Shown: piece after piece, positions 1 to 8,712 of the stretch
Position numbering within the stretch: position 1 is the first letter of the stretch
Layout: each line of letters opens with the position of its first letter
Source of the DNA: Bdellovibrionales bacterium
Lineage (GTDB): Bacteria > Bdellovibrionota > Bdellovibrionia > Bdellovibrionales > JAGQZY01
DNA: 64,000 nucleotides
Assembly (NCBI GenBank): GCA_041736155.1
Contig: JBGSUL010000032.1
Location: 166,479 to 230,478 of the forward strand
Reading direction: 5' to 3'
Notes under the pieces: generated by a model
Seen by the model: the letters and a program-made list of their open reading frames with translations, nothing else
Database searches by the model: none
Told to the model about the DNA's origin: nothing
Position numbers and translations under genes: made by a program

Positions 1-916
1 TCTCAATGGCTTTTTCCTGTGCCTTAAGATCTAACGAAGTGTGAATTTTGAGTCCTTGTTCTAGGAGCATTTCCTCGCCCAGTTCTTTGACAAGCAATTG
101 ACGAACCGTCTCGACAAAATATGGTCCAATCTCTTTATAAACTTTTTTAGTCTGCACTTTTAAAACTTCTTGCCCGGCTTCTTTCGCTTCTTCAGGCGTA
201 ATAAATCCTTCTGTGGCCATACGGTTTAACACATAAAGCTGGCGCTCCTTGGCGCGCTTAGGATTGACGATAGGATTAAAACGACTTGGTGACGTAGGCA
301 TGCCCGCGAGCAGGGTCATTTCAGCGAGAGTTAAATTTTTCAACGGTTTACGATAATAGGTTTCAGCGGCTGCCGCGAGACCGTAGGCGCCCTGACCGAG
401 ATAAAGCTGATTAAGATAAAGATAGAGAATATCTTCTTTGGAAAGATTTTTTTCCATTTTATAAGTGAGCAAAGCTTCCTTGATTTTACGAATATACGTT
501 TTTTCGGAGCTGAGAAATAAAGTTCGCGCCGTTTGCTGTGTGATGGTGGAGGCCCCTTGGCTTTTTTTACCAGACAGTGCATTAATCCACACCGCACGCA
601 GAATAGCTATCACGTTAAAACCACCATGCTCAAAATAGCTGTCATCTTCGGCAGCTAAAAAAGCTTTGATCAATTGCGGTGGAATATCTTCGTACTTGGT
701 AAGAATACGCACGCCTTGTTTGCTGCTGTAAAGCTCGCCGATCTTTTCTCCACCACGAGCGTAGATATCACTCGATAAGAGGGGTTTGTAATCGGCGACG
801 GTGATCAGCTGCGGGAGAGTTGCGTAGGTGTAATAGAGATAAGCGGCACCGATGAGGCCCACTAAAAATGCCAAAACAAGATTGAGAAGAAATAATTTTT
901 TAAGAAATTTAGACAT
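1..916 (-). CDS. mrcA: Class A penicillin-binding protein (PBP1A-type): N-terminal TM anchor plus GT51 transglycosylase domain; remainder lies beyond window start
   Basis: Absent from the ORF track because it runs off the edge. Reverse-strand translation from ATG 916-914 gives MSKFLKKLFLLNLVLAFLVGLIGAAYLYY. GT51 motifs follow: AAEDDSYFEHGGF (about 615-655) and GASTITQQTARTLFLSSEKT (about 500-560). The frame stays open to base 1. Confidence 0.85.
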   Translation of the reverse strand, partial: MSKFLKKLFLLNLVLAFLVGLIGAAYLYYTYATLPQLITVADYKPLLSSDIYARGGEKIGELYSSKQGVRILTKYEDIPPQLIKAFLAAEDDSYFEHGGFNVIAILRAVWINALSGKKSQGASTITQQTARTLFLSSEKTYIRKIKEALLTYKMEKNLSKEDILYLYLNQLYLGQGAYGLAAAAETYYRKPLKNLTLAEMTLLAGMPTSPSRFNPIVNPKRAKERQLYVLNRMATEGFITPEEAKEAGQEVLKVQTKKVYKEIGPYFVETVRQLLVKELGEEMLLEQGLKIHTSLDLKAQEKAIE

Positions 917-985
917 GGGAACAGTGTAATGGATCTGCCCTATGCAGGCAATCACGTTCCCATAGCAACAACACTAGACTCTAGT

Positions 986-2089
986 TTAGCGAGAACTGCC
1001 AGCACTGCCCGAACTCTGAGCGCGCTGTTGGGCTTCCTGGCTGTAAGCCCCCGAAGAAATCACACAGCTGGCCTGACTACCCTCAGGTCGACAGGCGGCA
1101 TTCACTTCAGTGAAATAAGGCGCGACATCGGCAGGCGCTCGGTACGGAGTCAGTGCTGAATTGGCAGAGTGCAAATTTAAACAGGTGTTGGCGATTTCTG
1201 TCCACTTGGCAGCGGAGAGCATTTGCTCTAAGGAGGAAAAACTTTCGCGCGCAGCTCCTTGTTCAGTGGCCGAAAATTGTGACGTGAGAACACTCAAGCC
1301 GAGACCAATTTGCAACTGCTGTTGCTGTTGTTTGATAGTATCAGAAGCCATACGATTTTTTTCATCGACGCGATTGACTTGGAGTTCACAATAACCAGAA
1401 AGATGGGCGCGTTTGACGTTGATGTATTCGCGCTCAGCCATCACAGCCTGCTTTTCGGTGGCAAAATTACGCATTTTTAATTCCAGAGCTTCGCGATTGG
1501 AATCCAAAGAGATTTGAGTGGCGGGACTGTTCCAGCAGCGGTTGTAGAAGTCATTTTCGAGTTGGCGTAACTTTGCTTCCCCTTCCGTGGCAGCGCCGAC
1601 GTTACTCACAATGCGTGCTTGATAGCCTTGCAAACGTGCGAGCTCCGACTGGTAATTGGTGGCGGCTTCGCGTGCACACCCCGCTTTGATTTCCGCATCT
1701 TGGCGAATTTTATCAGCCTCGGCATTGGTGATGTCTTGTTGACGACGTATATCGGCCACAAGAGATTTTTGCTCATTGTCACTGAGAGTTTCATTTTGCT
1801 GAAAACAATTATCTTCCACTTGTCCCAAAGCATCCACACGCTGTTGCTCCACCTGCGCGGCTTGGGTACTGAGCTGGTTCATCTGATTTGTGATGTCTGT
1901 CACGGGATTGCCGGTGGACATCAATGTGGAGGCGGGTGTAATCGCATTGCTGTATTTACTGGCTTCGTAGCGCACAGATTCTTTGGCGGAGTTAATCGCG
2001 TCGGTGCACGCTTGCGTTGCAGTGTCTGCTTCGCCATCGGCCCAACAAAACGAAGGAATAAATATAAAAACGGCGACGAGTTTTTTCAT
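986..2089 (-). CDS. Secreted hypothetical protein, Gln/Ala-rich helical with several Cys
   Basis: 367-aa ORF with signal peptide MKKLVAVFIFIPSFCWADG and a long Q/A/E-rich, coiled-coil-like sequence. I recognise no family. Confidence 0.7.
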   Translation of the reverse strand: MKKLVAVFIFIPSFCWADGEADTATQACTDAINSAKESVRYEASKYSNAITPASTLMSTGNPVTDITNQMNQLSTQAAQVEQQRVDALGQVEDNCFQQNETLSDNEQKSLVADIRRQQDITNAEADKIRQDAEIKAGCAREAATNYQSELARLQGYQARIVSNVGAATEGEAKLRQLENDFYNRCWNSPATQISLDSNREALELKMRNFATEKQAVMAEREYINVKRAHLSGYCELQVNRVDEKNRMASDTIKQQQQQLQIGLGLSVLTSQFSATEQGAARESFSSLEQMLSAAKWTEIANTCLNLHSANSALTPYRAPADVAPYFTEVNAACRPEGSQASCVISSGAYSQEAQQRAQSSGSAGSSR

Positions 2090-2166
2090 GAAAACCCCCT
2101 TATTACTATAATAGAATATCGGCAGAAAAGTGTCTCAACTTTAGAGCATAGTGAGGGTGTGGACTT

Positions 2167-2379
2167 TTAATGAGAGACAAAAATGTCTTGTAAAATCCAT
2201 AAGGAACCCACAATTAAACAAAAAAAAGCGATGGGTTGATGTTGTCTCAAAATGAGAAAAGCGTGCGGATGTTGCGCTTCCACCTTTTTCATCCACGGGA
2301 TTTCCAGCACGAAAAAAAGCAGTGCGCCGTAAGAAAAAGCCATCCACATTGTCAAGAAATCCAGAGTCATAATTGTCAT
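2167..2379 (-). CDS. Possible small two-TM membrane protein
   Basis: 70-aa ORF with two hydrophobic stretches (LDFLTMWMAFSYGALLFFVL and PIAFFCLIVGSLWIL). No family recognised, and it could be spurious. Confidence 0.3.
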   Translation of the reverse strand: MTIMTLDFLTMWMAFSYGALLFFVLEIPWMKKVEAQHPHAFLILRQHQPIAFFCLIVGSLWILQDIFVSH

Positions 2380-2464
2380 ATTTATGGTATCGGAAGTGCA
2401 TACAAAAAAGATAAATTAAAAACGTCTAAATTTATCGACTTTTGGCACAAATTTAGAAAATTAA

Positions 2465-2493
2465 TTACCACTTAGAGAGAGTTCTGCTAGTAT
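2465..2493 (+). promoter_or_regulatory. Candidate sigma70-type promoter for the sRNA candidate
   Basis: TTACCA (2465-2470), 17-nt spacer, TAGTAT (2488-2493). The predicted start near 2500-2502 lies just before the closing helix at 2504. Confidence 0.25.
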
Positions 2494-2503
2494 TGATTCT
2501 AGG

Positions 2504-2677
2504 TTCTGTGGCGTAAAGCTGAGAATACAGAAATCCTACAAGCATACTAAGGGGACTGTCCCTGACGACGGTGTGCAGGCCCAGTTTAAGCTGGGAAGCC
2601 TAAAGTTGTTAAATGGTCTACCACCTGCTGACATTTGGGATTTCATTGTTTCTCATAGCTGCCACAGAATTTTTTTT
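2504..2677 (+). ncRNA. Candidate ~175-nt structured sRNA (unclassified; rod-like closing helices plus U-tract)
   Basis: The ends pair in three coaxial helices: 2504-2512 TTCTGTGGC with 2661-2669 GCCACAGAA; 2518-2525 GCTGAGAA with 2650-2659 TTCTCAtaGC; 2530-2536 GAAATCC with 2638-2644 GGATTTC. An internal hairpin forms at 2577-2601 (AGGCCCAG/CTGGgaaGCCT). A T8 run (2670-2677) directly follows the closing helix. No convincing ORF. Confidence 0.35.
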
Positions 2678-2693
2678 CTCTTTCCATTCACTA

Positions 2694-2722
2694 TTGACCT
2701 CGGACATTCTGCCCTCTAATCT
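2694..2722 (+). promoter_or_regulatory. Candidate sigma70-type promoter for xseA
   Basis: TTGACC (2694-2699), 17-nt spacer, TAATCT (2717-2722). It lies downstream of the T8 run and about 20 nt upstream of the xseA GTG. Confidence 0.3.
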
Positions 2723-2742
2723 GCCAGGCGAGGAAATCAATC

Positions 2743-4239
2743 GTGTCATCAAAAGATCAATTGCAATTAAATCAATGGACGACTTTGCTGGAGCCCAAAC
2801 CTCAGGAATATCGCAAAGAACCTCCTCGCGAACCACCACCTCAAGAACCTGCAGCGCCGCCAGTGGCGCGCCAGGACGAGGAGCCTCAAGTTTATTCGGT
2901 GTCCGATATCAATGCTCTTATTAAAGGGCAGCTCGAGGGACAATTTAAATCCATTTGGTTACAAGGTGAGATTTCCAACTTTAAAGCGCACACCTCCGGA
3001 CATCATTATTTCAGTCTCAAAGACGACAGTTCACAAATCAGCGCGGTGATGTTTAAAGGTTTTAATGGGAAATTAAAGTTCCGTCCGGACAACGGCATGG
3101 AAGTGTTGGTGCGCGGACGCGTGACGGTCTATGAACCGCGCGGCAATTACCAAATTTTTTGTGAGACCATGGAGCCCGTGGGTGCGGGCGCTTTGCAAAA
3201 GGCCTTTGAGCAACTCAAAAGCAAATTGCAAAAAGAAGGTCTCTTTGATGTGCAATATAAAAAAACTTTACCGCTTTTGCCGCGCCATATTGGGGTGGTG
3301 ACTTCTCCCACGGGTGCAGCCATTCAGGATATTCTCAACATTCTCGGGCGTCGCTATCGCGGCGGAAAAATCACCGTAATCCCTGCACGCGTGCAAGGTG
3401 AAGGTGCAGGTGCCGAAGTTGTACGCGGGATTGAGCTGGCCAATCGCCTCGGCGGTTTCGATGTACTGATTGTCGGACGTGGTGGCGGTTCTATTGAAGA
3501 CATGTGGTGTTTTAACGAAGAACCGGTGGCGCGTGCGATTTTTGCCTCGAAAATTCCCATCATCTCTGCAGTGGGACACGAAATCGATTTTACCATTGCA
3601 GATTTTGTTGCGGATGTCCGCGCGCCAACACCGTCGGCGGCGGCAGAACTCGTTGCACAAAGTGCGGGTGAGCTCAGCGAAAGAATTCAAAACCATCTGC
3701 GCCGCTTGACCCAGAAAATGCAATTCGTCCTTAGCCATCAGCAATCTCGATTGCAAAACAAAATGAGTCGTTTGGTAGACCCGCAACGTCGATTGCAAGA
3801 TCTCGCCATGCGCGCGGATGAGTTGCAACAGCGATTGATTTTAGCATGGCAACGACAAACGCGCGACCTGCGTATGCAGACACGTTTATTGCGCGAGCGC
3901 CTGCGCAATCCACGCACAGTTGTTGAGTCGTACCAACAAAAGTTGATGGTTCTGCGCAGAGATTTACAAAAAGAAATAAAACATTGGCGCGAGCAACGCC
4001 AGCGACGTTTGGTCGCACAAATATCCTTGTTGGATTCTCTCAGCCCACTGCGCGTGGTGGCACGAGGATATTCTTTGGTTTTTGCCGAAGGACAAATTGT
4101 GAAAGATCCCCAACAGGTCAAAGAAAATCAAGAACTCACGGTGCAATTGGCGCAAGGAGCGTTACGCGTTTCGGTGATTGCCAAAGATGCGGCCAATATA
4201 AAAGGAATGGAGGAGTCATGGACTTCGAAAAAAAATTAG
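2743..4239 (+). CDS. xseA: Exodeoxyribonuclease VII large subunit
   Basis: 498 aa. OB-fold region IWLQGEISNFKAHTSGHHYFSLKD and core motif VGRGGGSIEDMWCFNEE are typical of XseA. GAGGA sits 7 nt before GTG 2743. There is an unusual ~45-aa Pro-rich N-terminal extension. The gene overlaps xseB by 22 nt. Confidence 0.9.
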   Translation: MSSKDQLQLNQWTTLLEPKPQEYRKEPPREPPPQEPAAPPVARQDEEPQVYSVSDINALIKGQLEGQFKSIWLQGEISNFKAHTSGHHYFSLKDDSSQISAVMFKGFNGKLKFRPDNGMEVLVRGRVTVYEPRGNYQIFCETMEPVGAGALQKAFEQLKSKLQKEGLFDVQYKKTLPLLPRHIGVVTSPTGAAIQDILNILGRRYRGGKITVIPARVQGEGAGAEVVRGIELANRLGGFDVLIVGRGGGSIEDMWCFNEEPVARAIFASKIPIISAVGHEIDFTIADFVADVRAPTPSAAAELVAQSAGELSERIQNHLRRLTQKMQFVLSHQQSRLQNKMSRLVDPQRRLQDLAMRADELQQRLILAWQRQTRDLRMQTRLLRERLRNPRTVVESYQQKLMVLRRDLQKEIKHWREQRQRRLVAQISLLDSLSPLRVVARGYSLVFAEGQIVKDPQQVKENQELTVQLAQGALRVSVIAKDAANIKGMEESWTSKKN

Positions 4240-4433
4240 CACGTCTCGAAGAAATCGTCGGCAAAATGGAAGGGGGCGATGTGTCTCTTGAAGACTCCCT
4301 GAAGTTGTTCGAAGAAGGGGTGCAACTTTCTCGCACCTGCCAAAAAGAATTAGACCAAGCAGAACAAAAAGTGGAGCTCTTGTTAGGCCAAGATGCCCAA
4401 GGGCAAGCGCAGACACAACCGTTCAAAGCATGA
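4218..4433 (+). CDS. xseB: Exodeoxyribonuclease VII small subunit
   Basis: 71 aa, MDFEKKLARLEEIVGKMEGGDVSLEDSLKLFEEGVQLSRTCQKEL, from internal ATG 4218 of ORF 3984..4433, preceded by GGAGGAG. Position directly after xseA fits. Confidence 0.85.
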   Translation: MDFEKKLARLEEIVGKMEGGDVSLEDSLKLFEEGVQLSRTCQKELDQAEQKVELLLGQDAQGQAQTQPFKA

Positions 4434-5275
4434 GCGCCGACTATTTACAAAGCAGCGACGTTCTCGATGCCGTCGAGGCTGTCGAAGCTTATCTCCAATT
4501 GCATTTTCGTCACCGCAAGTCGGCGATTCAAGATGTGTCGCCACAGCTTTTTGATTCGGTTCAATATTCGCTTTTTTCGGGGGGAAAACGTTTTCGTCCC
4601 GCTCTGTGTTTAGCAACGTTTGCCAAGGCGGTCCCGTGGGCGGCCGCGGTCGAGATGGTCCACACCTATTCCTTGATTCATGATGATCTTCCGTGCATGG
4701 ATAACGATGACTTGCGCCGCGGACAACCGACCAATCACAAAAAATTTGGCGAAGCATTGGCGCTTCTCGCAGGAGATGGGTTACTCACCGAAAGTTTTTT
4801 ACTGATCAGTGAAGCGTATCGGGAACGTCCCGCCGTCGCCACAGAACTTGTCGCGCTTTTAGCGCGTTCTGCGGGTCTTAGCGGCATGGTGGGTGGTCAA
4901 GCCATGGATATGGGGCTTGGACTTGCGTTGAATTCTCCCGTCGCTGTGGAAAAAGTGCACCTGAACAAAACCGCCGAATTGATTTCGATTTGTATTGAAG
5001 GTGCGGGAGTCGTGGAGGGTGCATCGCGAGAAACGCAGCAGAGGCTGCGTGAAATTGGTTTGACGTTGGGTTTGTGTTTTCAGATCAAAGACGACATTAT
5101 CGACGGCGAACAAGATAAGACCGCCAAAAGTTTTTTGTTTTACCTCTCTCAAAAAGAAACCGAACTGCTCCTGCAACAGAAAACCCAACAAGGCTTAGAA
5201 AAGCTGTCCGATCTGCCCATCGCGTACCACGAGCTTTCGCCCTTTTTTCACTACAATCTCGAACGCACAAAATAA
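4430..5275 (+). CDS. ispA: Polyprenyl (farnesyl/geranylgeranyl) diphosphate synthase
   Basis: 281 aa with Asp-rich motifs LIHDDLPCMDNDDLRRG and FQIKDDIID. ATGA start/stop overlap with xseB. Confidence 0.85.
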   Translation: MSADYLQSSDVLDAVEAVEAYLQLHFRHRKSAIQDVSPQLFDSVQYSLFSGGKRFRPALCLATFAKAVPWAAAVEMVHTYSLIHDDLPCMDNDDLRRGQPTNHKKFGEALALLAGDGLLTESFLLISEAYRERPAVATELVALLARSAGLSGMVGGQAMDMGLGLALNSPVAVEKVHLNKTAELISICIEGAGVVEGASRETQQRLREIGLTLGLCFQIKDDIIDGEQDKTAKSFLFYLSQKETELLLQQKTQQGLEKLSDLPIAYHELSPFFHYNLERTK

Positions 5276-5276
5276 A

Positions 5277-6050
5277 ATGGCAGAACGCGCAGACAAACTT
5301 CTCTTTGAACAAAATATTTTTGAATCGCGAAAAAAAGCGCAAGTGGCCATCGGCAAAGGCTTGGTGGCCTATAGTCGCCAGGGCAAAATCATTCCCGTGA
5401 GCAAAACGTCACAGATCATAGAGTGGCAAGACGGAGATTCTTGGCAAATCACCGACGACATCGAGTTTCAGTTTGTTTCACGGGCCGGAGCAAAATTAGC
5501 AGCGGCACTGGATCATTGGCAGTTGCCGGTAAAGGATTTTGTCGTGCTCGATGTAGGACTTTCCACCGGAGGCTTTAGCGACTGTTTGTTGCAGCGCGGG
5601 GCGAAGTGGATTCTTGGCATTGATGTGGGCCAACGGCAGTTGCATGTGCGACTCCATAATCATCCACAACTCTTTTCCATAGAAAAATTCAATGGCAAAA
5701 TTCCCTTAGAAGAATCCCACCTCGATCTGGTGGAACAAGCCACCCAACAGCGTCAGTTTGATTTATTGGTTTTTGATGTTTCGTTTATTTCTGTCGATTC
5801 TCTTGTGCAAGCGCAATGGCCGCACCTGCGTCCCGGTGGGAAAGCGCTGGTGTTATTTAAGCCGCAGTTTGAGGCAGGCCGAGCAGCTCTAGATAAAAAG
5901 GGAGTGGTGTCCGCTGAGGAAGGTTTGCGTGTTTTACAAAAAACAGTTAAAACATGGAACAGCGCGGGATATCCCATCGTCGATACTTTTCAGTGCCCGC
6001 TCAAAGGAGAAGATGGCAACCAAGAATTTTTTATTCTTATGCAAAAGTAG
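5277..6050 (+). CDS. tlyA: TlyA-family rRNA 2'-O-methyltransferase (hemolysin A-like)
   Basis: 257 aa with an S4-like N-terminus RADKLLFEQNIFESRKKAQ and FtsJ-type SAM motif VLDVGLSTGGFSDCLLQRGA. Confidence 0.8.
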   Translation: MAERADKLLFEQNIFESRKKAQVAIGKGLVAYSRQGKIIPVSKTSQIIEWQDGDSWQITDDIEFQFVSRAGAKLAAALDHWQLPVKDFVVLDVGLSTGGFSDCLLQRGAKWILGIDVGQRQLHVRLHNHPQLFSIEKFNGKIPLEESHLDLVEQATQQRQFDLLVFDVSFISVDSLVQAQWPHLRPGGKALVLFKPQFEAGRAALDKKGVVSAEEGLRVLQKTVKTWNSAGYPIVDTFQCPLKGEDGNQEFFILMQK

Positions 6051-6984
6051 TGTGGTTTTTGCTGTGGTCGCCCTCTTGGTGTCTTGTGAAACGGGGCCGG
6101 TAAAGGCCCCCCAAAACCCACAGATTCTAGGACCATCAACACCCACAGCATCCCCTTCCGCCACTCCCATCATGACCCCGCGTACAGAAGTGGTTTCCGT
6201 TCCTGATTTTGTCGGGAAAAAGGCGCCACGTGTGGGACTTATATTGGGCCCAGGTGGGGCAAAAACGCTCGCACAGATTGGTTTTTTGCAAGAGCTCGAA
6301 AAATACAAAGTTCCGGTTGTCGCCGTGGCGGGTCTCGAGTGGGGTTCTGTGGTGGGTGCGCTTTACGCTCGTCATGGTCAAAGCAACGAGGCCGATTGGA
6401 AGATGTCGCAATTTCCCAAAATTCAATTCACCAGCAAAAACTTTTTTTCCGAGAAAAAACGTTCTGCCACGCTCAAAGAGATGGACGGATTTTTGCAAAA
6501 AATTTCTGCACAATATCGTTTAGAACAAGGCAAACTGCCTTTTGCTTGTCCGCATGTGCGCGGCAATTCAGGCCGTGTAGGTCTTTTGCAAAAAGGGGCA
6601 GGAGCCACAATTCTACGTCAGTGCGCCTATTTCCCTCCATTGGTTATGGAAGTGGAAAATCGCGCGGCTCCCTTTGCTTTGGCTGAGGCTGTGGCGTTTG
6701 TAAAAGGCCAAGGCGCGGAGTTGGTTGTGCTCGTCAATGTGCTCGATAGTGCCGACCGCAAACAATTTGCGGGTTGGGAGTCAGAGGAATCGACGTGGTT
6801 GTCATGGGCGGGCAGTGTCTATAATCTCAAACAAGCGGCACTGTTTGGCGTGCACGAAGTGGTGTCCATCGACACGAACTCTTTTGCGTGGACTGATTTT
6901 GAGCAAAGGTTGCGTTTGATTCAAGCAGGACGCCAAGGTTCGGCGTCGGCGCTGAGTGCCTTTGCACGGAAGTATGATTTTTAA
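6013..6984 (+). CDS. Patatin-like lipoprotein with degenerate active site (probable pseudoenzyme)
   Basis: Internal ATG 6013 gives lipobox signal MATKNFLFLCKSSVVFAVVALLVSC. Oxyanion-type LILGPGGAKTLAQIG is present, but the GxSxG position reads GLEWG (6331-6345). I see no DG[GA] motif after FPPLV. Confidence 0.65.
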   Translation: MATKNFLFLCKSSVVFAVVALLVSCETGPVKAPQNPQILGPSTPTASPSATPIMTPRTEVVSVPDFVGKKAPRVGLILGPGGAKTLAQIGFLQELEKYKVPVVAVAGLEWGSVVGALYARHGQSNEADWKMSQFPKIQFTSKNFFSEKKRSATLKEMDGFLQKISAQYRLEQGKLPFACPHVRGNSGRVGLLQKGAGATILRQCAYFPPLVMEVENRAAPFALAEAVAFVKGQGAELVVLVNVLDSADRKQFAGWESEESTWLSWAGSVYNLKQAALFGVHEVVSIDTNSFAWTDFEQRLRLIQAGRQGSASALSAFARKYDF

Positions 6985-6997
6985 ACTGAGGTGAATT

Positions 6998-8308
6998 TTG
7001 AAGAACAGAACATTTAACGAACTCAAAGAATTCCAGCAACGACGCGAACAAGCGGGAAAAATGTCACCCAACAGTGCGTGGATCCTTTTTTCAGGTAGCG
7101 AATCGGGCTGGGAACGTTTTCGTCCACAGAGCGATTTTGTTTATCTCACTGGCTTTGAAGAGCCTGAGGCCATTTGTGTCCTTTTACCAGGACAAAAAAA
7201 TCCCTTCCGCATGTTTGTGCGTCCAAAAGATGCCAGCAAAGAGATCTGGGATGGGTTTCGTTATGGACTCGAGGGCGTGAAGAGTGTTTTCGGCGCCGAT
7301 GAAAGTTATGACATCAAAGATTTTTCCACCATCTTACCCACACTGCTTGTGGGTGTAGAAACGGTCTATTACGCTCTCGAGGCTTCCGAACGCGACTGGA
7401 AAGTATTGCGCGCTGTTCGTGAATTTATCAATACGCTCGGACGTTCGGGGCGCGGTCTTTTGCCAATCCACGACCCGAAAGAAATTCTTGGGGAAATGCG
7501 TATTAAAAAGAGTGCGCAAGAGATTGCATGGCATCGCGAAGCCTGTGTACTCAGCGCCGATGCTCATCGCTCGTTGATGGCCCAAGTGAAACCGGGGATG
7601 AACGAGAAAGAGGCGCAAGCGATTTTGCTCAACGAGTTTTATTCGCGTGGAGCTCATCGTGAAGGGTATTTCTCGATCATCGCAGCAGGAGGCAACGCCA
7701 CCGTTTTGCACTATCGCGATAACAATTCCACCAGTCAGCCGGGAGATTTACTCTTGGTGGATGCGGGCGCCGAAAAAAATTATTTCACTGCCGACATCAC
7801 GCGCACCTATCCCATGAATGGGCGCTTCTCGGCGGCGCAAAAAGATGTTTACTCGCGCGTTTTAAAAGTTCAGAAAAATTTAATCGCCAAAGTAAAACCC
7901 GGTTTGCGATATGAAGAGTTGCAAGAGTCCGCTCGCCAACAGCTCACCGCCGAGCTTATTGATATGGGCTTTCTCAAGGGAACCGTCGAACAGAACTTTC
8001 AATCTATGGCCTATCGCCAATACTATCCTCACAATATCGGCCACTTTTTAGGCATGGATGTGCATGATGTGGGATTGTACCGAGTGGCCAATCAGTCGCG
8101 TTTGTTAGAAGAAGGCATGGTGTTAACCATTGAGCCGGGCTTGTATATACCTATCGATGATACGTCGGTGCCGGCAGAGTATCGTGGGATTGGGATTCGT
8201 ATTGAAGACGATATTTTAGTGACCGCCACGGGCCACGAAGTGATGACCAGTCGTGCGCCTAAAGAAATTGCCGAAATCGAAGCTGTGATGGCGAAAGGAG
8301 CCCCGTGA
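6998..8308 (+). CDS. pepP: Xaa-Pro aminopeptidase (M24B)
   Basis: 436 aa with DFVYLTGFEEPEA, HNIGHFLGMDVHD, LTIEPGLY and GIRIEDDILVT. The TTG start keeps the conserved EFQQRRE N-terminus. Confidence 0.85.
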   Translation: MKNRTFNELKEFQQRREQAGKMSPNSAWILFSGSESGWERFRPQSDFVYLTGFEEPEAICVLLPGQKNPFRMFVRPKDASKEIWDGFRYGLEGVKSVFGADESYDIKDFSTILPTLLVGVETVYYALEASERDWKVLRAVREFINTLGRSGRGLLPIHDPKEILGEMRIKKSAQEIAWHREACVLSADAHRSLMAQVKPGMNEKEAQAILLNEFYSRGAHREGYFSIIAAGGNATVLHYRDNNSTSQPGDLLLVDAGAEKNYFTADITRTYPMNGRFSAAQKDVYSRVLKVQKNLIAKVKPGLRYEELQESARQQLTAELIDMGFLKGTVEQNFQSMAYRQYYPHNIGHFLGMDVHDVGLYRVANQSRLLEEGMVLTIEPGLYIPIDDTSVPAEYRGIGIRIEDDILVTATGHEVMTSRAPKEIAEIEAVMAKGAP

Positions 8309-8712
8309 CTTTTATTCTGACGGTCCTCTTATTATTTGCTCAGGCCGAAGTGACGACCTCGTCTCCAGCACCGACATCTTCGGAACAGCAAGATATGGAA
8401 GCACGAAATAAAAACATTCTGCGCCAACTAGAAACACTCAATTCTTCGGATCTCTCCTGCCAGAAAAAAGAAGATTGTGAAACCTTGGGAATTGGACAAA
8501 TGCAATGCGGAGGTCCATCCGATTACCTGACCGTCTCAAAGAAAAATCGCTCCTATGCAGAAATGCTTAAAGCTTCGCAAAAACATCAAGCGGCGACTCG
8601 AGAGTATAATGCTCTCTATGTGTCGGCTCGAATAGGAACTTGTGGTATGGCGATTGTTCCCAACGTGGATTGTCGTCAACACCGTTGCGTAGAAGTGGTG
8701 CCAGTTGACTAA
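8305..8712 (+). CDS. Secreted Cys-rich hypothetical protein
   Basis: 135 aa with a signal-like MTFILTVLLLFAQAEV. GTGA overlap with the pepP stop. No family recognised. Confidence 0.6.
   Translation: MTFILTVLLLFAQAEVTTSSPAPTSSEQQDMEARNKNILRQLETLNSSDLSCQKKEDCETLGIGQMQCGGPSDYLTVSKKNRSYAEMLKASQKHQAATREYNALYVSARIGTCGMAIVPNVDCRQHRCVEVVPVD

Noticed and set aside
2443-2460. Perfect TGGCAC hexamer as a possible sigma54 -24 element
   Set aside because: The expected -12 TTGC(A/T) five nucleotides downstream is absent (the sequence reads TAGAA), so there is no sigma54 promoter call.
2504-2677. Idea that the structured region is SRP (4.5S) RNA
   Set aside because: It lacks the conserved domain IV features (GNAR tetraloop and the GGAAGCAGCC/AGCA symmetric-loop motif). 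The apical loop is TTTAAG, and the RNA is longer than small bacterial SRP RNA.
3268-3828. 186-aa ORF antisense to xseA (similar cases: 38881..39411 in secA, 46707..47189 in coxA, 27699..28178 across prkA/yeaH)
   Set aside because: All are embedded opposite strongly supported genes. Their sequences are Arg/Cys/His-rich, as expected for the reverse frames of moderately GC-rich coding DNA.
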